Position numbers and translations under genes: made by a program. DNA of 64,000 nucleotides from Octopus sinensis (Eukaryota): positions 89,962,001 to 90,026,000 of the forward strand of contig NC_043006.1 in NCBI RefSeq assembly GCF_006345805.1, written 5' to 3'. Positions 22,443 through 36,565 of the stretch are shown here, piece after piece (positions within the stretch are counted from its first letter, which is position 1; every line of letters begins with the position of its first letter). The notes below the pieces were generated by a model, which was given only the letters and a program-made list of their open reading frames with translations, did not search any database and was not told the origin of the DNA.

Positions 22443-23389
22443 ACATACAGGCACACACATATATATACACATAAATAGTATGTTTCTGTACATATACATT
22501 TTCTCAATTCATTTTGCATAAACGAACACAAGTACATGAGAGAGAGAAAGAGAGAGAGAGAGACACATACACAAGAGAAAGGTAGGGTTCTGAGAATAAG
22601 CCTCTGAACAGACAGTGATGGCATACAGCCTAGATTATGAATATATTTCTATACACGTGGGCAACAAATGAGCTTCTCTGTTATAAAAGTGGAATAAAAG
22701 TTTGTGTAAATGTTTTCATGAGAAAGATGTGTGAGTGTGTGTGCGCAAGTGCACATGTGTGTATGTGTGTAAATATATTTACACAAACATGTGGGTGAGT
22801 ATGTACACATACATATACACACATTACAAACATACACACATAAACACACAAACATAAGTATATGTATGTGCATACACACACACACGCTGCACACACTTCT
22901 ATAATATTTATTGTGAAAAACTGTCTGACAAGTTTGCTCAAATTGCTTCATTTAAAAAACAAAAAGAAAAAAAACAGGGGGGTGGGGTGGAGAACAAAAC
23001 AAGAAAAACAAATGAAAACAACGAAATTCATGATAGACATGGCGTTATTTTAAACAATTTGCATCAACTGTCAAAGTTGAAAGAATTTTAAACAAGATTT
23101 CTTAAATATCACACAATGTATCACCATTTCCTTATTTCGTTTAATGGAGAGATAAATACAGAGACAGAAAGATAGATACTCTGATGGATGGGCAGAGAGG
23201 AAGATAGAAGGGTATTTTTATAGACAAAGGTAATATCGGCTAAACTTACTGTCATACTGATTAATTTTCAATATTGAAATATTTATACCTGTATGTTGTT
23301 GTTTCTAGCTCCAGAAAAGTCCTGAATGATTAGGCCAATATCTATGATCAATAGTGTTGCAACTGTGACCATTCTGATGTGTCTAGAAC

Positions 23390-23710
23390 TGGCATAGCTT
23401 TGTGGTTGAGGAATTGTGCTTTGAAACCATATGATTTTGGGTTCAATTTCTCAACGTAGTACCTTGGGTAAATATCTGCTCTGGGCCAACCAAAGAATTG
23501 TGGTCAGATTTGGTAGAGGGAAACTAAAAGAAGCCCACTGCAATATGTGTAATTGTGTGTGTGTGTGTCTCCTTGTCTTAACAACGTGTGATAGTTGTAA
23601 ATGAGTATCCCTGTCACATATGCAGTGTTGTTCCTTTCTAATATTCTGCCAGAACATGTCTAGCCATGAGGAAATATCACCTGACCTGAAAATAGATGAG
23701 GTATGATGAC
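23390..23710 (+). mobile_element. SINE family A-related copy
   Basis: Decayed tRNA head GGGTTCAATTTC and GGGCCAACCAAAG..TTGT body. Confidence 0.65.
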
Positions 23711-26324
23711 TAGAAGGACAAATGGCCATAGATTATTTGCCTCGACTCCATCTGACCCATACTACTTTTTATGAACTTGTACAAATAAAATGCAAACTTT
23801 ACCTCAACTGCATTTGAACTCAAGACCCCAAACAAACACTGTAAGATACTCTCTCTGATACTTTAATAATTTTGCCAATTCGCTATTTTGCAGTTTGTTC
23901 CATGAAATATTTTGGCTTCTTTAACTAACAATGGTATGAATTGAACTTGTGGCCACAAGTTGATTATATATTGCGTTTCATCTAAGATGCTCATAAATTT
24001 TTGAAAAAAAGTATATTAGCACGAAGTTTTGTCAGTGAACAGGTCGTGGTCTCAAAGTGACGAAAATATTTTGACAAATTAAATTTAAATGTTGAAGTGA
24101 ATCTAACGGTTTTGTGTGTTTCTTAAATGGCTTATAAACACCTTCCATGCTGCAACAGTAAAATAATTTTTTTTTAAAAATCAAATTAAATCAAAATTAA
24201 AAGATTAATGAAATTATCTTATTTGAAATGTATAATCACAAGAAAATATCACAGAATATTAAATATGACTTATTGGTTCATGTTAGCATTTATGAGTAAA
24301 TGTTAAAAGATTTAAGACCAAGTTTCCAAGAAATAATTTTTAAAAAATTGATTACTCATGAACATTGCTTTAACAGACTGGTTTATGGCATTATCAGAGA
24401 TTATATTATTAGAGATTAATGTTTAAAAACTCTTTACATACTCAAGTTACTCTAATCTAGAAACTTGGCTCATATCAAAGACATTTGATATAAGAAATCA
24501 TCTCCCACAGACAAATAAGAAGTGAGATTATAACAAATACTGCAACGACAGGATGTCTTAAATTTCCTCATTGTCACCCTATTTTGACAAATAATATATA
24601 TTATTATCAACTAATCAAGTAACAAAAAAAAAAAAAAAGAAAAAGAAGGAAAATCTAATTTATTCCTTGATTCCTGCTGAAGATAATTAAGAATGTTGTG
24701 TTTTGTAGCAAAATGAGATGCAAAACAGCTCATTATATTCTAAACAGCTTGTAGTCATTTCAGATGCAGAAAGGTAGATTATATGGTTAAGTAACCATTT
24801 TCTTTCTTCCATCAGTAAGAAAGTGAAACACATAACCTCAATTGAAAGTAAACAACAATATTTAAGTATATCTTTTTTCTTGGCTTCTTTATTTCTCTCT
24901 CTCTCTCTTTTTTTAACCTTTCCACCAATTTTTTTCAAAGCATAGAACAAAGCTATTTTCCTTCAATAAGCTTCAACTCAAACAAACCTATGTCATCAGA
25001 TGAACATTATCGATGTTCTTTTCTTAGCTGTACTTAAGTTACTGCAATTACAAAATAATAAACCTTAATTACAGACTGAGAGAAACAAAAACCTTTCATA
25101 TACTAATTAGTTGAGACAATCACACAAATTTAATTCAAATTGACTACATAAACAGATTAATTAATTACTCAGATATGGAAATAGAAATAAAAAATAGGAA
25201 AAACTGAATTCTACAAATAAATTCCTCACAACTAAGGGAAATGTTTTAGTGGAGTTTTATGCGAACGTTTGTATGGAATGGTAACATAATGTTTCAAATA
25301 AGATGTCAAGAATCTTACAAGTGGGTTCCATGAAGAATTTAGTGCTTGCAAAGTATTTACTGAGGCTCTATTCTCATTTCTCTACTCTTATCACAGTTCT
25401 CTTAAAGGCCTAGCAACAGAATTTTATTAAGAACTCTCATATTCAGAAGTTAATATTTCAGAAACCACAATAATTCACAGGCCAAGAATTTAAGTTTGAT
25501 TTCAGCAACATTAAATAGATGCAATATGAGGAATTTTCTTCTTACTTGATACTTCATTGGTTTACAGCAAGTAAACTTTTCCTGAAAAGCCTGATAACCA
25601 TTCTGACAGTTTGGTAAACTGAAGTATCTAGAAATAAGTATACTGTCCAGAGAGACAACTGGCAAAATGTGAGTAGAAAATCTGAAGTGAAGACTCTTAA
25701 ATCAAATAATCCTTTCAGAGATTTAAAGACTACATATACCGTTATTGTAGATTGAGCTGAGAAAATTCAGGAAGGATGAAATGAAAGAGAACATTATTTA
25801 AACGAAGGTATAAGTGATTTTCTCGTTAAATAATAAAAGTGTCACAGGGATCATGGCTTTATGAAACTCTAAAATGAAGGCATTGGTAATGATATTTCAT
25901 GTTAACCCAGAAGGGAAACCAGTAAACCATTATTTCCATTCCACACACAAGACACACAGTCAACTCAAAACAATGCTTTCAAGTTAATGTAAATTAATTG
26001 AAATCAAATTCTGTTACCATATTAACAGATATTGGTTTGTAATTAGTTCTAATATGAAGAGCCAGTGGCATGGAATTCACAGATTAATGGTGTAATGTGG
26101 TAAACCTAGTCAGGTGGCTGGTACATCGCCAGCGAGTCAAATCAATGAGCCGGGTTTTATTCTCACTTATAAGCCTTCCCCTTCTGTTAATTGCCCTTAG
26201 GAAAGGCAGACATGTTAGTCTTCCGATTCCCTCTTCTCTGAAGTCAATAGTGCTGACCATCTGTGGACCAATATTTCTGATTGCAAAATGTCAATGAATT
26301 AATTTCATTTATTACGATAGGTGC

Positions 26325-26610
26325 AAGCACAGCTGTGTGCTGAAGAAACTGACTTTGCCATCATGTGGTTTTGGGTTCAGTCCCACTGTGCAAGTGTGTG
26401 TCTGTGTTTATGTGATATTTGCTCCCCCATACCAACCCAAAACTGGTGTTGCTTTGTTTACATCCATGTACCTCAGTAATATAGAGGTTCACCAATAGAG
26501 ACTGATAGAATAAGTACTGAGGTTAGTTTGTTCAAGCAAAACACTTTAAAACAGTGCTCCAGCATGGTCATAGCCCAAAGACTGAAATGAGTAACAGATA
26601 AAAGATACAA
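26325..26610 (+). mobile_element. SINE family A, decayed
   Basis: GGGTTCAGTCCCACTG head and GTGCTCCAGCATGG tail. Confidence 0.65.
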
Positions 26611-26819
26611 TACAAAACACCTTTTTCTCTTCATTTCCTGAATGAAAAAAAATTCTAAATTTTTATGAGATGCAAATGTCTGAATAAAAAATTTGATGAC
26701 AAAAATGGTATAAAATGGTTGTTTATAGCCAAATGTGGCTCTCCAGAAATGAACAGGGTGGGGGATGTCATTATGGTTAATAATTGCTAAAATAAAGAAT
26801 ATCTAATGAATATATATAA

Positions 26820-27045
26820 ACCAGGAATCTAATAGATTTATCTTTTATGTATTTCAGTCATTTCACTGTGGCGGCCATACTGGGGCACTGCCTTGAAGAG
26901 TTTAGCTGAACAAATTGATTCCAGAATTTATTTTGAAGTCTGATACTTATTCTTTCAGTTTCTTTTGCCACACTGCCATGTTATAAGGACATAAATAAAC
27001 CAACACCAGTTATCAAGTGGTGAAGAAGGGCAAACACAAACAACA
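26820..27045 (-). mobile_element. SINE family A 3' half
   Basis: TTTCAGTCATTT..GCGGCCATACTGGGGCAC, the reverse complement of the family tail. Confidence 0.7.
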
Positions 27046-27790
27046 CTGGTATGATGAAGAGCAATGCTGCACACAACAGGATTTGAACTTGGAACTTCAA
27101 GGGCCATAACTAAATACAACAAATATTTTGTCTGACACTTCTACCAATCTGCCTAATCCAGCCATCACTTGGTCAATGATAGAAGCAAGTGTTTATTTTC
27201 TGTGAAACAGCGATATCTTCGGCTTCATACATTTCAGGTTTAAGCATGTCCTTGTCTCATATGTTTTCATTCTTCACAGAATCCACCACTTAACCCCACT
27301 CTCTCTTCCTCTCTCTTCCCCTCTCCCACTCCTTTAGTCTTTTCCATCTCAGCCATTTTTTAATTGTCTTGTACATTTTCTTCCTGTGTATAACAGAATG
27401 GCTGTACAATATGTAGCGGCAGTACAATCGAGAATGGAAAATGTATATAGCTCACAGAGCATCTGCAGTAAGATAGACAGACACAAGTGTAGCATGTGTA
27501 GTTTAGAAGTTTACTTGGAAAACACATGGTTCTAGGTTCAAACCTGCAGCACTCCCAGCACATGAATTCTATTTGTACTTCAACTGGAAGAATTCTTGGC
27601 AAGGAAATTTGGCAAAAGGGAAACTGAGAAGAAATCTAGTCTATATTATCATCATCATTTCTGTTTTTATTTTTTTCTGTGCCATCATGGGTTGGAGTCA
27701 CAGATGTGCCTTTACAATTCATCATGCCTCAAGAATTTTTCATAGCTTGTAGAGTACAATGCTCTCTCTCTCTCTCTTTCTCTTTCTCTC

Positions 27791-27821
<31 letters not shown>

Positions 27822-28039
27822 CCAAGTTCTGACCACATCCAATTCTTTTTAATGAAGAAAGACAAAGAGAAAAGACAATTTTACTCACCAGGATAGAAAA
27901 AATACTTTTATTTCCTTAATTCTGCTTCAAGCTTCTCTATCTTTCTCCTAGTTGAAAGGTACCACCACCACCTATATTTATATCTGACCTATATTTATAT
28001 CTGAGTGAGACAGAAAGCCAGAGAGAGAGAGAAAGAGAG

Positions 28040-28230
28040 AGTGTGTGTGTATCCTCTACTTGACAGCTGGTGTTGGTATATTTATGTTCCCTATAACTTA
28101 GCAGCTTCACAAAAGAGATTAACAGAATAAATACCAGACAAAAGTAATTTGTTTGAGTAAAAATCTTCAAGGTGGTGCTGCCCCAGCATGGCCATAGTCT
28201 AATGACTGAAACAAGTGAAAGATAAAAGAA
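28040..28230 (+). mobile_element. SINE family A 3' half
   Basis: CTTGACAGCTGGTG...CCCCAGCATGGCCATAGTCTAATGACTGAAAC. Confidence 0.7.
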
Positions 28231-29136
28231 AGGTTACCAGTTCACAAAGCAACTCTTCCCCACGACCACCACAAAGGCAAAAACGGTGAAAATCTTTTGC
28301 TCACCTTTTTCCTCAGTGAGAAGACAAATAGAATTTGCCTCTGCAGTAATTCTTACTTGAGCATGGCATCGGACAAATTTAAAAAGTTGAAAAACCATCT
28401 TAATTTGATTAAAACATGGCAACTTGTTCATCCCCCCCCCATGACTTTCCCTTTTAATTCCCTACACCTCCCTACACACCTATGAGAAACATTGTACTTG
28501 GGGAATTAATTCAATCGACAAAGCTTCCCATCTCTCCAGGAAGAAGTTGGCATGTGCCCATACAAGAAACCATTATTTTTCATTTCTGCTGGTAGTAGTG
28601 TCGGTGGTAGTGGTGCTAGCAGTGGTGGTGGTGGTGGTGGTGATGGGTTTTGGGGGTGACAGGGAGATGCTATGATGCAGCACTAAGTACTTGGCAAACT
28701 TACTTTCAATTCCCAACTGAAATTACCTTCCTAAAATTTCTAATGCCTCCAAGAAATGCATCATTCTACAATTTCCCTTTTCCCTACTCAATGCATATTT
28801 AAGAAATTCTTAGTATTTTTATGTTTTACAACTTATTTCTCTAAGCTAATATTCACAGAGTAACAATAGCAACAACAACAACAACAATAATAATAATAAT
28901 AACTCCCACAATAGCAGGTGCATGATGAAAAAAACATAAAATAAATACCCAAAATACCAGGACTTGCAAATATATATAACACACAGAAAAAAGCACCACC
29001 AGGCACCAGAGACATCCTACATAAAGCACTTTCAATTCAGTGAAAATAAGAGCATCACAACAAACCACATAGAGTTGTGCTCAGTAGTGCAGAACTACTA
29101 AACAATAATAATAACAATAATAATAATAATAATAAT

Positions 29137-29348
29137 CCTTTCTCTTATAGGCACAAGGCCTGAAATTTGGTGGGAGGGGACTGGTTGATTACATTGACCC
29201 CAGTGTTTCACTGGTACCTTATTTATCGACCCCAAAAAGATGAAAGACAATGTTGACCTCTGTAGAATTTGAACTCAGAATGTAGCAATGGGCAAAATAT
29301 CACTAAGCATTTTGTCCAGCATGCTAACAATTCTGCCAGCTCGCCACC
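29137..29348 (-). mobile_element. SINE family B (GGCGAGCTGGCAGAA head) in (AAT)n
   Basis: Reverse complement GGTGGCGAGCTGGCAGAATTGTTAGC..TTCTGAGTTCAAATTC..; AAT repeats on both sides. Confidence 0.85.
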
Positions 29349-29387
<39 letters not shown>

Positions 29388-29399
29388 TGATATATATGA

Positions 29400-29851
29400 C
29401 CTCCTTCGGTCACGAATGACCATGGAATTGCACCTACCAGCAGTCATCCATACATACCAGCCTCCCCTCTCCACACCACCGATGTTATCCAAGGGAAGGG
29501 CAAAGGCCAATGCAGCTTGGCACCAGTGATGCCGCAGCTCATTTATTAATGTGCAAGTGGCTGAGTACACCACAGACACGTGTACCCTTAACGTAGTTCT
29601 CGAGGAGATTCAGCGTGACACAAAGTGTGACAAGGCTGGCCCTTTAAAATACAGGTACAACAGAAACAGGAAGAACGAGTGTGAGAAAGTCGTGGTGAAA
29701 GAGTACAGCAGGGTTCACCACCACTCCCTGCTGGAGCCTCATGGAGCTTTAGGTGTTTTCGCTCAATAAACACTCACAATGCCCGGTCTGGGAATTGAAA
29801 CCGCGATCCTACGACCGTGAGTCCGCTGCCCTAACCACTGGGCCATTGCGC
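29400..29851 (-). mobile_element. tRNA-derived SINE family C
   Basis: Reverse complement GCGCAATGGCCCAGTGGTTAGGGCAGCGGACTC..GGTTTCAATTCCC (A and B boxes) followed by about 380 nt of non-tRNA body. Confidence 0.85.
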
Positions 29852-29884
29852 AATAATAATAATAATAATAGTAATAATAATAGC

Positions 29885-30437
29885 AGTACCAGACAGTGGT
29901 TCTCATAGCTTCTGACCTTAACTGATTGGAAGTGTTATCATATACATTGTTTAGTCTTGGTATAAAAGATGGGCTACAGCAAATATTCTGCTCAATACCA
30001 CAGATTTGCTTGTCAGTTGTTTGACTTTAACCAGTTGAGCATGTCCCTTAGTGGCTGACGATATGTGCATCTCTGATCACGAGCAGATGTAGTGGGGTAG
30101 CATCATAGCCATGTGTTGAGAGGGATTCTTTGGGGTTTGAATAATTCACCCCTGGAAACATGGATGTTTCGTTCAACATCCTTAAACAACCCTTATTCAG
30201 GAACCTTTTGAGCGGGATGGGTTACTCGACCAGAAGAAAATAAATTCTAACTGGGCCCCACCTGCAAGGTCATGTGCTGTTTATCTTGATATGAGATCAC
30301 CATGTCGTGGACATATGGTTGTGATGCATGTGTCTGGTGTACCCTTATCAGATGGGTAGTCATAATGGGTATACTGGGCTTCATATATTTTACCCCAGTG
30401 TCACTTTGATGGCATGCACTACTCTCTCACTCAATAA
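29885..30437 (+). mobile_element. Retroposon 3' region ending in (AAT)n, family unassigned
   Basis: The last about 125 nt recur at 36208-36330; flanked by AAT repeats. Confidence 0.6.
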
Positions 30438-30439
30438 TT

Positions 30440-31155
30440 TTGGCACAAGGTCAGCAATTTTGGGGAGGAGTAAGTTGATTACATCAACCCCAGTTACACA
30501 CTGATCCAGGAAAGATGAAAGAAAAAGTTGACCTTGGTAGATTTTGAACACAGAATGGTAAGACGAATGAAATACTATAAAGTATTTTGTCTGGCATGTT
30601 CTGCTAGCTCATTGCCTCAATAATGATGATGATGAGGAGGAGGAGGACGAAGAGGAGGATTTCTGTTATTGGTCATGAGGACCCAAGACAATGAAGCCAA
30701 TATAAAAGAAGGAATAAGGATAATAATAGTTTTTTTCTAATTTTGTCACAAGGCCAGCAATTTTGAGTGGGGAAGGAAGCTGGTATTTTATTTTATCGAC
30801 CCTGAAAGGATGAAAGGCAAAGCCAACCTTGGCAGAATTTGAACTCAGAATGCAAGGCCAGATGAAATGCCAATAAAAATTTTGTCCCATGTGCTACTGA
30901 TTCTGTCGGCTTTGTCACCTTAACAAACAACAATGATGATGATGATGATGATTTCAAATTTTGGCATAAGGCCAGCAATTTCAAAGAAGTGGGATGGTTG
31001 ATTACACTGACCCCAGCACATGACTGGTATTTATTTTATCCACCCTGAAAGGATGAAAGGCAAAGTCAACCTTGGTGGAATTTGAACTCAGAACATAAAG
31101 ATAAACAAACGAAATGCTGCTAAGCATTTCGTCAGGTGTGTTAACGATTCTGCCA
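30440..31155 (-). mobile_element. Cluster of three SINE family B copies
   Basis: Repeated GAATTTGAACTCAGAA and GAAAGGATGAAAGGCAAAG motifs at about 30540, 30830 and 31080. Confidence 0.75.
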
Positions 31156-31569
31156 TTTCACCATGAGTCTTTTTATCCTCTGTGTTTGTTTCCCCTGCCA
31201 ACTGTTTGAAAGCCAATGTTGGCTGGTTTATGTTCCTGTAACTTAGAAGTTTAGCAATAGAGATTGATAGAATAGGTATCAGTCTTTCAAAGATGAGCAG
31301 TTCAACTGAAGCCCTTCCAGGCAGTGCCCCAGCATGACCACAGGCCAAAGAGTGAAACAAGTTAAAGATAAAAGTTAGCATGCCTCTCCACAAACTTCCA
31401 GACATCTTCGAGTCTCCAAAATGATTATGGAATTTCTAAGGTTAGTGCCAGTTCTTCATATTATCATAAGTTGTGTATCTTGAAATAATTCATTAAAATA
31501 TGGAAACTGTTTTCAACTGGGCCACTGCCACTGCCACCACCACCACCATCACCACCATCATCATCATAG

Positions 31570-31900
31570 CTGGCACTCCTTTGGTCACGATGAAGAGTGT
31601 CCCAGTTGATTCAATCAATGGAACAGCCTGCTCATGGAATTAACATGCAAGTGGCTGAGTACACCACAGACATGCATCCCCTTAATGTAGTTCTCAGGGA
31701 GATTCAGCATGACACAGAGTGTGATATGAGTGGCCCCTTTGAAATACAGGTACTACTCATTTTTGCCAGTTGAATAGGTGGGGATAGCATGAATAAAATA
31801 AAGTGTCTTGCTTAAGGGACACAACATACCACCAGGTATTGAACTAACAACCTTATGCTTATAAGCCAAATACACTGACCACTAAGACATGCACCGTCAC
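31570..31900 (-). mobile_element. SINE related to family C
   Basis: Shares TGCAAGTGGCTGAGTAC.CCACAGAC..GTAGTTCTC.GGGAGATTCAGC with 29550-29650; decayed tRNA head at the right end. Confidence 0.7.
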
Positions 31901-31903
31901 ATG

Positions 31904-31943
<40 letters not shown>

Positions 31944-32300
31944 AAAGAATAATAATATACATAATGATTTCATTCATTTTCCACCAGGGCAAAGGATGAG
32001 GGGGACAATACAAAGGCAGAGATAAAGTGTAGGGGTTTGCATAAAATGAAAAGATACAAAAAAAAGGAAACAAAGAAATTAAGTATAGACTGAAAAAGAA
32101 GGGACGTACTCATAACATAGAAAGGTTAAAAAGAAAAAAAAGTGGCGGGGAAGATGATAGAGATGTGGCTCTCCTGATACAGGAAGGTCTCTAGGGATAA
32201 TGGAGGAACCTCACTGTCCGAGATTTCCCTGAAACCCCAAGAGCAAGTGCCCTCTCCAATTCCTTCTCTCCAACTCATAGGGATACACTTAGAGAGGTAC

Positions 32301-32341
<41 letters not shown>

Positions 32342-32343
<2 letters not shown>

Positions 32344-35300
32344 TGCCGCTGGACGTACCCCACAACCGGAGTATTCCAATAGATGGCCATCCATGCCCAT
32401 CATCAAGTTACAAAAAGAAAAACAATGAAAAATGGTCTAGGGAAGATAATAAGGAAGTTCTTACGGCCTTCTACCATGCCATATATTTCCCTACAGATAA
32501 ATTTAATACTGTACAAACCTACATAAACTGGAGACAGAAACACCCTGAAGTAAGACTCTACATTGACAGTTACAAACTTGCCAACATCAGAAGAAACATT
32601 ATAAAAAAAAAATTACTGACTGAAGTAGAGATTGATCAAATCAAACAAGCAGTAACGGATAAAAACAACGAAGCTGTAGTTAAAGAAGATAATACAGAGG
32701 AAATAATTATAGACCAGCCCAGGGCTGATAAAAACACAGTAAGGATTAAAAGAGCTAGTATAACTGATAGGCAAAGTGAAATATTCACTGAACCAATCAT
32801 AAACACTAAGACAAATGAACATCAAATAGAAGAAAGTCACACAAATATTGACCCAACTGAACTACGTGAACTAAAGAATCAAATCAAAAAATGGCTGCAA
32901 CTTAAAGAAACCAATATGGATGAACGCGATACACTCCCAAGAACTGCAACTGTAACCAAAACATGAAAATAATTGGTAAAATCCGGCTTGCACTTAAGGA
33001 TATAATTTCAGCTAATGATGTTAATATTATAGATCTCAACCACCTATACTATGCATCCGCGAAAATCCCAACGATCCTATGTGGTGAAAAGATTAGAAAA
33101 CGGCAACATTCCCACAAAAGCCTTCTTGGCAAGAGCGTATCCGACATCAAATTAAAGTACTTAGGTCTGACATTGAATGTTTGAAAAACCTTAAGGTTCA
33201 CAAGACTACCAAACCTACAAAAACCCAAAAATTAAAGACAAAATATAATATGAAAACTATACATGATATTGATGCCACCATAGAAACCATCAAGCAAAAG
33301 GTATCTGCTAAAGCTGCCCGCATAGCGAAGTATGAAAAGCGTGTTAGATTCTTCAAGGACAACAACATGTTCAAAAATAACCCCAAAAATTTTTACAGGA
33401 AGATAGGGAAAACACCAGTTACTGTAAAGTCTGTACCATCAAAAGAAGTGCAGGGTTTTTGGAATAAAATTTGGGCAGAAGTAAAAAACATACAACGAAA
33501 AGGCCCCTTGGATTGATAGAATAGCTATGGACCTGTACTCCTTAGAGGAGTAAAAGTGGGAGGGTGTCAAGGTAGAAGATGTAAGATGGAAGTCCCCAGG
33601 AAAGGATAAAATTCCTAACTTCTGGCTGAATGCCTTCCCAGAGAGCCATGAACTGCTAACAGAACTGTACAATGATGTTTTGCAACACCCTAGTAGGATG
33701 CCTGCCTGGCTAGTTAATGGTTTAACATTCCTGCTCCCAAAAAGTGAAGAAACAAATGAACCAAAAAACTATAGACCTATAACCTGCTTAATAACTATGT
33801 ATAAAATGCTAACATCTGTCCTGACGGAATATACCTATAGTTTTTTAATAGACAGCAGCATATTCCCTAATGAACAGAAAGGACGTAAACATGGATCCTA
33901 TGGTTGTAAAGATCAGCTACTCATCAATAGGATGATCTTAGAAGATTGTCACAAACGACACAAAAACTTATCAATAGCCTGGATAGACTATAAAAAGGCT
34001 TTTGACAGCCTACCACATAGCTGGATTAAGAAATGCCTGGAAATGTATAAAATAGTGCCTACTCTGCAAAACTTTTTGTCTGTGAGTATGAGATTGTGGA
34101 GAACCACACTAACTTTGAACAGTGACAATGAATCTCTAAATGCTGGTGATGTAAAAATTTCATGTGGCATTTTCCAGGGTGACTCACTATCACCACTCCA
34201 CTTTTGTTTAGCCTTAATACCTCTCTCAAAATTGCTCAATGACACACAGTACGGATATAAAATGTTGGATAAAAATATAAATCATCTCATTTACATGGAT
34301 GATTTAAAGCTCTTTGCAAAAAATGACCAACAACTCAAGGGCTTACTAATGATTGTTAAACGATCCAGTGATGACATCAGAATGCAATTTGGCCTTGATA
34401 AATGTGCAAAAGCTACCTTTATCAAAGGAAAAATGATAGAAACATCTAATGTTTACCTCCACCAGCAGAATGTCATAAAAGAGTTAGACTCAGTGGAGAG
34501 CTACAAGTACCAGTGATGAAGAAAAGGATCAGGAGAGAATGTTATCGCAGAGTAAGAGCAATACTCAAGACAGAGCTGAATGCGAGAAACAGGATTGAAG
34601 CGATCAATGCTTTAGCCATACCAGTCGTGACTTACAGTTTCAATATCGTTAACTGATCAATTACTGAAATATATAATCTTGACAGAAAAATACGAAAACT
34701 GTTGACAATGCATAGAATGCACCACCCTAAGGCAGACATAGAATGACTTTATCTGCCAAGAAAAGAGGGAGGTCATGGACTTTTACAACTGGCAATAACA
34801 ATGAAGATTGCTACAATTGGCCTAGACACCTACCTGAAAAACTCTGAGGACTGGATGTTAAAACTTGTCTCAAAACATGAAAACAAGAGAGCATCATACT
34901 CAGCAACAAAACAGGCAAAGGAACATCTAAGTGAATTCCAAATACAACAAATTTTGGAATTAGTCATACAAGCATCAAGCACAGAAAAAGCTAACCGCAT
35001 GAAAACCCGTGCTAAAACTGCTGCCTTAGATATTCTGAATGATAAATGGCAAGAAAAACCTCTCAATGGCAAATACCCAAAGAGAGTGAATAATGCAGAT
35101 GTTGACAAAGCCCTGACCCATCAATGGCTAATGGCCTCTGGCTTAAAATCTGAAACAGAAGGGTTTATCATAGCAGCTCAAGATCAATGCCTACCAACAA
35201 GGAACTACCAGGCCAACATATTAAAGAACGGCAGTAGCCCAACATGTCGTGTATGTCAACAACAAAATGAAACCATTGATCATATTGTCTCCAAGTGCAG

Positions 35301-36008
35301 TCTTCTTGCGCCTACAGAGTACCTCAACAGGCATGATAGAGCTGCACAATATATTCACTGGGTAATTCATTTGCAAAAGTTTGGATTTGCCCCATGATAA
35401 AAACTGGTGGGAACACAAACCACCTCCAGTGCTTGAAAATGACCACATCTCACTCCTCTGGAACTTCACCATTCAAACTGACAGGAAAATAGATGCGAAT
35501 AGGCCAGACATCATAGTAAAAGACTTCAGACAAAAAACATGCCTCCTCATTGATATGACTGTCCCAATCGATATAAACGTATCTGTCAAGACCTACCAGA
35601 AACTGAGCAAATATAAAGATGTGGAAATAGAAATCAGCAAAATGTGGAACCCGAAGACTAAAACAGTACCTGTTGTCATAGGTGCCCTGGGAATGATAGC
35701 AAAAGGGGCTGATTGCTACATAACTCAGATACCAGGAAACCCAAAAATGGCATAAATTCAAAAGATAGTGCTCATGGGAACTGCTCATATCCTACGCAAA
35801 ATACTTTCTATGTAATCTCAAGTTTTAAGACAAACATAATTTTTGTATGGTTTTTTAGGCATTCACTAGTACAACACTAAATACAAGACCAAATATATGG
35901 CACACTAGGCATAACAACAATATGAACTTCCAACCTGTTGTCTCTAGGAGGTCTCTGGGTGAGACTTGGAGCCAGCTTGTGCAAATGTAAAGCAAAATTC
36001 AAACATGG
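32342..36008 (+). mobile_element. R4/Dong-type RLE non-LTR retrotransposon, near full length, inactivated
   Basis: N-terminal KWSREDNKEV; RT WIDYKKAFDSLPH, GIFQGDSLSP, YMDD; CRVC..ETIDHIVSKC knuckle; RPDII..LLIDMTVP..K..KY nuclease; several frameshifts and stops; (AAT)n on both sides. Confidence 0.92.
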
Positions 36009-36023
36009 AATAATAATAATAAT

Positions 36024-36350
36024 AGGATGCTTGGTGTGTCTCAACAAGTGACTGTAATAAATGCAGATCAAAAGTAAATAACAATAGTAATCAGACATAC
36101 AAGAAACAAGCACAGAAAAAGCTAAGTGCATGAAAACCCGTGCTCAAAATGCTGCCTTTGATATTCTGACTGATAAATGGCAAGAAAAACCTCTCAATGG
36201 CAAATACATTTGGTTGTGATGCATGTGCCTAGTGTACCCTTATCAGATGGGTAGTCATGATGGGTATACTGGGCTTTGTATATTTTACCCAGTGTCACTT
36301 TGATGGCATACACTGCTCTCTCACTCAATAATAATAATAATAATAATAAT
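36024..36350 (+). mobile_element. Chimeric fragment: Dong internal segment joined to a different 3' tail
   Basis: 36107-36207 is about 94% identical to 34976-35076; 36208-36330 matches about 30312-30437. Confidence 0.75.
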
Positions 36351-36354
36351 AATG

Positions 36355-36565
36355 TATTTCAAATTTTGGTACAAGGCCAGCAATTTAAGGGGAGGAGTTA
36401 AGTCAATTACATAGACCCAGTATTCAACTGGTATTTATTTAATCAATTCCAAAAGAATGAAAGACAAATTCAACCGTGACAGAATTTGAACTCAGAACAG
36501 AAAGACGAACAAAATGTTAAGAAGCATTTTGCCCGACATGCTAACGACTCTGCCAGTTTGCCACC
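36355..36565 (-). mobile_element. SINE family B in (AAT)n
   Basis: Same motifs as 29137-29348; AAT repeats on both sides. Confidence 0.8.

Noticed and set aside
27889-27947. Minus-strand segment with good AG acceptor and GTGAGT donor (RKIEKLEAELRK*)
   Set aside because: Stops in all three frames and adjacent to a SINE tail; no other support
29780-29851. tRNA-like sequence (also heads at 10905, 49500, 57790)
   Set aside because: A and B boxes are present but the acceptor stem is incomplete and the sequence runs into SINE bodies; these are SINE heads, not tRNA genes
32247-32341. Poly-Asn N-terminus of the 239-aa ORF
   Set aside because: Read-through of the flanking (AAT)n target; the element ORF begins at about 32343
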